Below, piece by piece: positions 57,362 through 64,000 of a stretch of 64,000 bases of DNA (positions are counted from its first letter, which is position 1; every line of letters begins with the position of its first letter). The position numbers were made by a program, and so were the translations under genes. Under the pieces are notes generated by a model. It ran no database searches and was not told the origin of the DNA. It saw only the letters and a list, made by a program, of their open reading frames with translations. The stretch is from Ignavibacteriota bacterium (GTDB lineage Bacteria; Bacteroidota; Ignavibacteria; Palsa-1295): assembly GCA_963787835.1 (NCBI GenBank), contig CAWBEI010000002.1, positions 1,440,001 to 1,504,000 of the forward strand. The letters are read 5' to 3'.

Positions 57362-58759
57362 ATGATTCGCAGACTTTACAAGGAATACCGTTTCCAGATC
57401 ATTCTGGCGTTTTCGCTGGTCGTTCTGGAGAATTTCGCCTACGTGGCGGAGCCGTATGTCTTTGGGAAAGCGATAGATGGACTCCGCGAAGCCAACCGTG
57501 TGGAAGAAGAAGTTGATACCACGTTATCGTCGTTTCAGCGCAGGGAATTAGCGGATTCGATACGCGCGCGCGTTGTCGATTCGATGAAGATGGTCGATTC
57601 CCTTCAGCGGCTGGATTCACTTTCCTCCAGCCTATATCCCAGCGAACCCGCGATAAACGATGCTTCGATGGAAGCCGATCACGCCGAAGCGGATGCCCGG
57701 GCTTCGTATGTGCATCTCGCGTTGTATGTTGTTGGCCATCGGAATAGATCGGCTGCATTCGATACTGGAACTGTTTCATTGCCGCAGGAGGGAACTCCCG
57801 AGCGCGCACGGATCGATAGCATTCGCCATGCGCTCCGGCTATTCGACTCCATTCGGAGCCGGCAGCGTCACAAGAAGCATCCTCAGATGACGCGTCAGGC
57901 CGCTCGCGATTCCATTCTGAAGGCACACGCAGCCGGAAAGCCGTCTCCCGGTCCCGGAAAACCTGCCGGCACATCGAATCAACCTCCGAAACAGCCGCTC
58001 GTTTTTTACATGACGCGTGAGATCGGGCCGTTCCTTCCGCCGCTTATTCCGTGGGTGCTGCTGTTCCTCATCAACTCTGCTGTCGGCGCGATACGGCGTG
58101 TGTATGATACCCGCATCTATACCAAGATGTTCTCGAATCTTTCCAGCGATGTGGTTGCGCGGCAACTCGCGCAAGGGGAGGATCTCTCCAAAGTTGCGGC
58201 GCGAAGCGCTATGGCGTGGCATAATATCGAGTTCTTTCAGTATAATGTACCGGAGTTCCTCGAACAGCTTATTGCCGTCGGTGGAGCGGTCATTGCATTG
58301 GGGCTTTTTGACTGGCGGCTGACCGTCGTGGGATCGATATTGATCGTGCTTGTGGTGATCGGGAGCAGATATTACATGAACTTGTTGACGAATATTCAAT
58401 CGACGCTGCACGATCAGTATGAAGATGAATTCAACGTTTTCTCAACTCGCGAACCGGCCAAGATTCGCTCATACTATTCGAACATTGCGGATCTGGAGAT
58501 AAAGTATTCTGTCCGATCAACGTTCAGTTACGGTGTCGTCCGATTCTTTCTTCTTATCATGTTCCTCTCGACGCTCTATATCTCGATCGATCTGGATAAA
58601 TTCACCATCGGTGCGCTCTATTCCATCGTGGCATACGTATGGAGCTTCGTCACCGCTACGGAATACATCCCATATCTCTCCGAGAAATGGGTGGAGCTGA
58701 AAGATGCTTCGCGGAGGATCACAGAACCGCTGGAATCAGAACCTGGATTACGCGGATAA
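57362..58759 (+). CDS. ABC transporter six-TM-like protein with a large insertion and no ATPase domain
   Basis: PYVFGKAIDGL, GAIRRVYDTRIYTK, IEFFQ..VP. Confidence 0.65.
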   Translation: MIRRLYKEYRFQIILAFSLVVLENFAYVAEPYVFGKAIDGLREANRVEEEVDTTLSSFQRRELADSIRARVVDSMKMVDSLQRLDSLSSSLYPSEPAINDASMEADHAEADARASYVHLALYVVGHRNRSAAFDTGTVSLPQEGTPERARIDSIRHALRLFDSIRSRQRHKKHPQMTRQAARDSILKAHAAGKPSPGPGKPAGTSNQPPKQPLVFYMTREIGPFLPPLIPWVLLFLINSAVGAIRRVYDTRIYTKMFSNLSSDVVARQLAQGEDLSKVAARSAMAWHNIEFFQYNVPEFLEQLIAVGGAVIALGLFDWRLTVVGSILIVLVVIGSRYYMNLLTNIQSTLHDQYEDEFNVFSTREPAKIRSYYSNIADLEIKYSVRSTFSYGVVRFFLLIMFLSTLYISIDLDKFTIGALYSIVAYVWSFVTATEYIPYLSEKWVELKDASRRITEPLESEPGLRG

Positions 58760-58924
58760 GGACAGAAGCGGGATTTCGCGGATTTGGATGGATTTCGCGG
58801 ACGATTGCAAGGATTTATTCTCTTACGTCCGTCGAGGTAATTATCATGAAATTTGAATTTTACCCGCACAATCCGAAAAATCGTCCGCGTAATCCATCCA
58901 AATCTGTGTAATCCCGGTTCAGAT
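58735..58924. repeat. ATCCGCGTAATCC-type repeat, two-armed inverted copy (copy 3)
   Basis: ATCAGAACCTGGATTACGCGGAT ... ATCTGTGTAATCCCGGTTCAGAT. Confidence 0.8.
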
Positions 58925-58960
58925 TGCGTATTTTTGTACCAATCATTTCCCAATAACCCT

Positions 58961-60775
58961 ATGATACAACGAAAAAACCTCCTTACTCTCACTACATTTG
59001 CACTTTTTGCACTCATTTTCGGAAGTTGCGGCAAAGGCGGCGGCCCAGCCAACGGGCTATCGACGAAGAACAGTGTAGTGTGGTATGTTTCCGGCGACAT
59101 CGAAGGGCTCAATCCGATCACGACCGCTGATGAGAATGCGGTCTATGCAGAGAATCTCTTATATGAAGCACTCACAGGCCAGAATGCACGCACCCAGGCA
59201 TTTATTCCCGGTCTTGCCGCGCTGCCTGTCGAGAGTGCGGATCACCTGACGTTCACCTTTACGATGGATCCGACCGCCCATTGGTCCGATGGCAAACCCG
59301 TTACTGCGGAAGATGTGATCTTTTCCTATAAGATCATTCAAAATCCTTTTGTTACGAACGCCGCCCCGCTCCGAAGTTATTATGCGGACATGGATAGTTG
59401 CTGGATACCCGCCGGTCAGACGAATCAGGTGATGTTCCATTTTTCAAAATACCGCTTCGACCTCTTGAAGGTCATCAATTACACTCGTATTCTGCCAAAG
59501 CATATTTGGGATCCAACGAACCTCACGGATAAATGCAGTTGGAAAGAACTGAAGACGGATAATCCGACGAATCCGGCGATCAAGGACCTTGCAACGAATT
59601 TTCAGGATCAGAAATCCAATCGCGATCCGGGCCACATGATCGGAAGCGGAGCGTACAAATTTGAATCATGGGTCACGAACGACCGGGTCACGATGCGTCG
59701 TGATACTAATTACTGGGCGAAGAATCACCCCTGGTCCGAAGCCTATCCAGACCAGATCATCTTTAAGACGATCAAGGACGAGACCGCCGCGCTCATTTCT
59801 CTCAAGCATCAGGATATCGACTTCAATCTCACGCTTACTGCGGATGAATATGTCAATGGCTTCGATTCCGCACAGCTTAAGTGGATCAAGAAGGATACCG
59901 TCTATGAGAATTTGTATTTCTTTGTCGGCTGGAATGATTCGAAACCGATCTTCGCCGATAAGAACGTACGAAAAGCTCTCACAATGCTGATCGATCGCGA
60001 TAAGATCATTCACTCGATCATGCACGATCTCGGCAAAAAAGTGGATGGCCCCGTTGCTCCGACGCAGCCTAATTACGATCCCACCGCAAAGCAACCTGAC
60101 TATAATGTAGATGCTGCGAAGAAAATGCTCACGGATGCCGGATGGGCCGATCACGATGGCGATGGTGTACTCGATAAGGTGATCAACGGCAAGAAGACGG
60201 ATTTCCATTTTGTCATCGAGATCCCAAGTGGTTCTGAAGCGAATAAACAAATTGCCGTTGTGATCTCCCACGATCTGAAGGCCGCCGGAATCATTGCCGA
60301 GGTCACTGCCCTTGAAAATTCCGTTCATCTTAACAATCTACGAAGCCATGATTTCGATGCGTATATCGGTGGGTGGGCTGGCAACGTGACCGGTCAAGAA
60401 GGTGTCGAAGACGAGTTGAGCCAGTTATGGGAATCCTCTCAGGCTACGCAAGGTGGATCGAATTTCGTTTCCTATAAAGACCCGGTTGCCGACAAGATCA
60501 TGGAAGAGATCAAAGTGGAACCCGACCGTGCAAAACGGATGGATCTGAGCCATCAATTGCAGCATATCATGGTGGACGATCAACCCGTGACATTCCTCTG
60601 GTCCCGCCCAGATCGCATTGCATGGATCGACCGTTTCGATAACTTCGAGTTCTTCCCATCACGGCCTCCCGTCGATCCGACGAAGTGGATCGTCCGTGGT
60701 TCCGGTGTGAAACGCTATCCCGGTGCCGCTACCTATAGTTTAAATCCGGCAGAACGGACGGAGCCGGCACAGTAA
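58961..60775 (+). CDS. Peptide/nickel ABC transporter substrate-binding lipoprotein (family 5)
   Basis: FGSC lipobox, WSDGKPVTAEDVIFS, GSGAYKF, VRKALTMLIDR. Confidence 0.92.
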   Translation: MIQRKNLLTLTTFALFALIFGSCGKGGGPANGLSTKNSVVWYVSGDIEGLNPITTADENAVYAENLLYEALTGQNARTQAFIPGLAALPVESADHLTFTFTMDPTAHWSDGKPVTAEDVIFSYKIIQNPFVTNAAPLRSYYADMDSCWIPAGQTNQVMFHFSKYRFDLLKVINYTRILPKHIWDPTNLTDKCSWKELKTDNPTNPAIKDLATNFQDQKSNRDPGHMIGSGAYKFESWVTNDRVTMRRDTNYWAKNHPWSEAYPDQIIFKTIKDETAALISLKHQDIDFNLTLTADEYVNGFDSAQLKWIKKDTVYENLYFFVGWNDSKPIFADKNVRKALTMLIDRDKIIHSIMHDLGKKVDGPVAPTQPNYDPTAKQPDYNVDAAKKMLTDAGWADHDGDGVLDKVINGKKTDFHFVIEIPSGSEANKQIAVVISHDLKAAGIIAEVTALENSVHLNNLRSHDFDAYIGGWAGNVTGQEGVEDELSQLWESSQATQGGSNFVSYKDPVADKIMEEIKVEPDRAKRMDLSHQLQHIMVDDQPVTFLWSRPDRIAWIDRFDNFEFFPSRPPVDPTKWIVRGSGVKRYPGAATYSLNPAERTEPAQ

Positions 60776-60973
60776 CTATTCCATTTTCACCATCTTAGGT
60801 GTGAGCGCATTTTTCGTGGTATCGCCGATAATATCGGCGGGACCACGGAACATGCGGGGATGCTTGCCTTCCATTTTGTGAAGCGAGTTCGCGGTAGCAG
60901 CTGAATCCGCTACGGGCGGGGGTGGTTGCTTCATGCAACTGACGATAAACAGAATTAAAAATGCAACTGTCAT
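60776..60973 (-). CDS. Small putative lipoprotein
   Basis: MTVAFLILFIVSC signal; its stop abuts the oppA stop; the ATG lies in the repeat end. Confidence 0.45.
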   Translation of the reverse strand: MTVAFLILFIVSCMKQPPPPVADSAATANSLHKMEGKHPRMFRGPADIIGDTTKNALTPKMVKME

Positions 60974-61095
60974 CCTGAGCGGAGCAAACCGCAGCGAAGC
61001 GGAGGTTTGCGGAGTCGAAGGATCTCTGGAACTTGCAGAGATCCTTCGACTCCGTTCTTCTCTCCTTCGTCGAGAAGAACTCCGCTCAGGATGAC
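60969..61095. repeat. GTCATCCTGAGCG...CGCTCAGGATGAC palindromic element
   Basis: Terminal IR GTCATCCTGAGCGGAG and inner IR CGGAGTCGAAGGATCTCTG/CAGAGATCCTTCGACTCCG. Confidence 0.9.
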
Positions 61096-61109
61096 ATAAT
61101 GGATAGATC

Positions 61110-61595
61110 ATGATTCTTTATCTTGTTCGTCATGGTGATGCCGATACGATCGCTCCGCGCGACGATGAACGCGTGCTTTCGAAAAAAGGGATTCGCGTTA
61201 CCACGGCAATGGCGCAATTACTGAAACACGCGGAGTTCGACCTGCCGGAGATCATTCTTACCAGCCCCTTGCCGCGCGCAGAACAAACAGCGCGTATCAT
61301 GCTCGAAGAGTTCGCGCCAAAAGCGAAATTCGAAATTATAGAAGGACTTCGTTCCGGCGGCAGCATAGAAGCGGTCATGTCCATTATTGCTGCAAACAAA
61401 GAAGAATGCGATGTACTGATGCTCGTTGGCCACGATCCGCTATTCTCCATGCTTGCCAGCATCCTTGTCAGCGGAACCGAATATGCGATCGAAATGAAAA
61501 AGAGCGCGGTTGCAGTTATTGAGATCACGCGATTTGAAGCCCCAAGGATGCGGGGAATATTACGGGCGTTTCTCCCACCTCGTATCGCAATGTAG
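61110..61595 (+). CDS. sixA: Phosphohistidine phosphatase SixA
   Basis: LYLVRHGDA, D.ER.L...G, SPLPRAEQTA, LVGHDP. Confidence 0.92.
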   Translation: MILYLVRHGDADTIAPRDDERVLSKKGIRVTTAMAQLLKHAEFDLPEIILTSPLPRAEQTARIMLEEFAPKAKFEIIEGLRSGGSIEAVMSIIAANKEECDVLMLVGHDPLFSMLASILVSGTEYAIEMKKSAVAVIEITRFEAPRMRGILRAFLPPRIAM

Positions 61596-61655
61596 CGCAA
61601 ACTTTAGTTTGCGACCCCCACCCCGCGCGAAGTCGCAAACTAAAGTTTACGCTAC
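61592..61655. repeat. REP family 2 doublet 3' of RAYT no. 2
   Basis: GTAGCGCAAACTTTAGTTTGCGACCC...GTCGCAAACTAAAGTTTACGCTAC. Confidence 0.95.
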
Positions 61656-61662
61656 AATCGTG

Positions 61663-62301
61663 TTACAATGCGACGCCGCCCAACTTGGGATGGAGATATG
61701 TCCATGGATAATCGTCCCAATTAGCAACGAGTCCAGCATGAACCGGATTCATCAAAATGTATTCAATGATTCTATCGAACTCACCATCTCGGACAACGTG
61801 ATCGTAGCTCTCGTGTTGCCAGAATGTTCCTGAACGGCCAAGTGCCTTATTGCATTCAAAAGCACTTCTGCCTTTAAGTAACTGCATGATATGCCTCAGA
61901 GATTTCTCCGGGTTGGAGAGCGAGAGTAATACATGAACATGATTTGACATGATAGTGAAACACCAGAGAGTGACATGTCCTTCTCGATCGAGTGAGTGCA
62001 AAGTATCTGCTACGATCCTGGCGGCAAGTGGGTTGCTGAGGACTTTAGATTCTTTTGAGGAATCCAGCATCGTGTCGAATTTCGCGAAATGTTTTTTTCG
62101 TAAGATTGCAATTTCTTCTGGGGTCGATGTTTTAGATTTTGCGGAACTTGTGATTTGTCGCTGTTCCGCTTGAAGACTGTCGAGCACGGATTTTGGTAAT
62201 GAGTTGTGTAAGCGAAAGGTTATGAAAAGGGCGGCATCGGGCGGTGTAAAATGTGGGAGATTCCGGCGATAGGTTGGAGGGTTTTCTTTCCAAATGCTCA
62301 T
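61663..62301 (-). mobile_element. REP-associated tyrosine transposase (RAYT, Y1 HUH) no. 2
   Basis: YRRNLPH, FITFRL, MSNHVH (HUH), FWQHESYDHVVR, YILMNPVHAGL. Confidence 0.95.
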
Positions 62302-62321
62302 AGGATTTCTGTTAAGCGTGG

Positions 62322-62347
62322 GGGTCGCAAACTAAAGTTTGCGCTAC
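62322..62347. repeat. REP family 2 single copy 5' of RAYT no. 2
   Basis: GGGTCGCAAACTAAAGTTTGCGCTAC. Confidence 0.95.
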
Positions 62348-62354
62348 ATTTGTA

Positions 62355-64000
62355 CTACACATTTTTTTTCCACGCCGCGATCTTATTCATCGCGTCCATC
62401 GGCGTAAGCGTGTTCAAGTCGAGATTTCTCAATTCATTCGCAATGGTCTCTGCGCGTTCGTCGCCGAAGGCTTGCTTAAGTTTGTCAGCTCGTTCTTCGC
62501 GGGTCATACGCTCCAAGAAGGGGATGGCTCGCTGGATGTTCGCTTCTGCAATTTCGAGTTCCGTTGCTTCGAGCGAGCTAAGAATTTCCCGCGCTCTGTC
62601 AATGACGTCCGGCGGAATTCCTGCCATCGCCGCAACTTCTATACCATACGAATGATCTGCAAAGCCGGGAGCTATTTTGTGAAGAAAATGCACTTTGCCT
62701 TCCGCCTCGCGAACTTCTACTTTTAGATTGAGTATGCGAGGGTTCCTATCGGCAAGTGCGTTCAGTTCGTGGTAATGCGTGGCGAACAGCGTGCGCGCTC
62801 CCGGAAGATTATCGTGGATGTATTCTGCAATAGCCCACGCGATAGATATGCCATCGAAGGTAGAGGTGCCTCGACCAAGTTCGTCGAAAAGCAATAGGGA
62901 ATTCTTTGTGGCATTGCTGAGGATATTCGCGGCCTCGTTCATCTCGACCAAGAATGTCGATTCGCCGCTGGAAACATTATCGCTTGCGCCCACCCGAGTA
63001 AAAATTCTATCGAGGACGGGGAAGTTCGCTTTTGCCGCTGGAACGAACGAGCCGGCATGAGCGAGATAAGCAAGAATTCCCGTCTGCCGCAGATACACCG
63101 ATTTGCCAGACATATTCGGTCCGGTAATAATATAAAATTCGAAGTCACCGGGTGAGAACATCACGCTGTTCGGCGTGAATCGCTCGCCCACGGGCATCAG
63201 TTTTTCCACGACGGGATGACGTCCCATCTCGATGGAGAAATCTCCGGTATCGTTAAATGCGGGTCGAGTCCAGTTGTTCTTCGTTGCGAGTGATGAAAAT
63301 GTGGTAAGCACATCGAGCACGGCGATCAGCTCGGCATTACGCTGAAGTTGGTGCGTATCCTCCAGTATTCGTGCGCGCAGCTTATCGATCATCTCGCGCT
63401 CGATGGTTTGCATCCGTTCTTCCGCGCCGAGAATTTTAGCTTCGTACTCTTTGAGTTCTTGCGTGATATAGCGTTCGGCGTTCGTCATCGTTTGCCGGCG
63501 TTCGTAATCTGTTGGAACTTTCGCAGCGTTCGCCTTCGAGACCTCGATATAATATCCGAAGACATTATTATAATCCACTTTCAGCGTGGAGATGCCGGTT
63601 CGCTCGCGCTCGCGAGCCTGGATATTCGCAAGCATTTCGCGGCTGTTGCGCGTTAGTGCCCGAAGTTCGTCCAGCTCCGGATTGGCGCCATCGCGAATCA
63701 CACCCAAATGGGCGACCGTCGTTGGCGGGTCCGGGGCAATGATCTTGTCAATTTCTTCTGCAAGCGCGCCGAGTGGACTGAGTTGGGTGGCGATCGTGGA
63801 CAGGATCTGTATCGCGCCGACATTTCCGTTGGCAACAAGCTGTTCCGTCAGTTGCTTTATCTCTGGAATATGCCACAGCGAGAATTTCAGCATCAGAAAA
63901 TCGCGTGGTGAAAGAATGCGCGCGCTGGCAAATCGCCCGACGAGCCGCTCGATATCGCCAAGCTCGCGAAATTCCATGCGAAGTTTGTCGCGAAGTTCCC
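62355..64000 (-). CDS. mutS: DNA mismatch repair protein MutS (3' part; truncated by the window edge)
   Basis: DIERL, GRHPVVE, TGPNMSGKS, GESTFLVEM, DELGRGTST, FATHYHEL, SYGIEVA. Confidence 0.98.
   Translation of the reverse strand, partial: ELRDKLRMEFRELGDIERLVGRFASARILSPRDFLMLKFSLWHIPEIKQLTEQLVANGNVGAIQILSTIATQLSPLGALAEEIDKIIAPDPPTTVAHLGVIRDGANPELDELRALTRNSREMLANIQARERERTGISTLKVDYNNVFGYYIEVSKANAAKVPTDYERRQTMTNAERYITQELKEYEAKILGAEERMQTIEREMIDKLRARILEDTHQLQRNAELIAVLDVLTTFSSLATKNNWTRPAFNDTGDFSIEMGRHPVVEKLMPVGERFTPNSVMFSPGDFEFYIITGPNMSGKSVYLRQTGILAYLAHAGSFVPAAKANFPVLDRIFTRVGASDNVSSGESTFLVEMNEAANILSNATKNSLLLFDELGRGTSTFDGISIAWAIAEYIHDNLPGARTLFATHYHELNALADRNPRILNLKVEVREAEGKVHFLHKIAPGFADHSYGIEVAAMAGIPPDVIDRAREILSSLEATELEIAEANIQRAIPFLERMTREERADKLKQAFGDERAETIANELRNLDLNTLTPMDAMNKIAAWKKNV

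Overview
A 64-kb bacterial chromosomal segment of about 50% GC. It is most likely FCB group (Bacteroidota/Ignavibacteria/Kapabacteria-like), inferred from TAnnTTTG promoter motifs, a T9SS-type C-terminal domain and the LolA/FtsZ tail sequences. The housekeeping backbone comprises purD, a near-complete dcw cluster (mraZ to ftsZ, without murB or ddl), a TetR-paaABCD operon, sucC, mltG, tRNA-Pro(GGG), rodA, hutI/hutH, an oppA-like gene, sixA and partial mutS. The striking feature is a set of about nine different short palindromic or inverted-tandem repeat families. Five of them bracket a small protein gene that could be their cognate: two RAYT tyrosine transposases with two distinct GTAG REPs, a GIY-YIG (Ssn-like) nuclease with dRS3-like hairpins, a DUF559 nuclease with CCCCTCC hairpins, and a four-helix-bundle protein with inverted heptamer arrays. 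These repeats have entered coding sequence. hutH carries two 60-nt REP doublets in frame, paaD carries a 120-nt palindrome in frame, and REP GTAG tags supply the stop codons of hutI and sixA. A co-oriented, repeat-punctuated array of small genes around DUF559 separates a DGPF gene from its usual ECF sigma partner. Four single-base frameshifts look like sequencing indels. Protein calls come from motif recognition only; no database searches were run.
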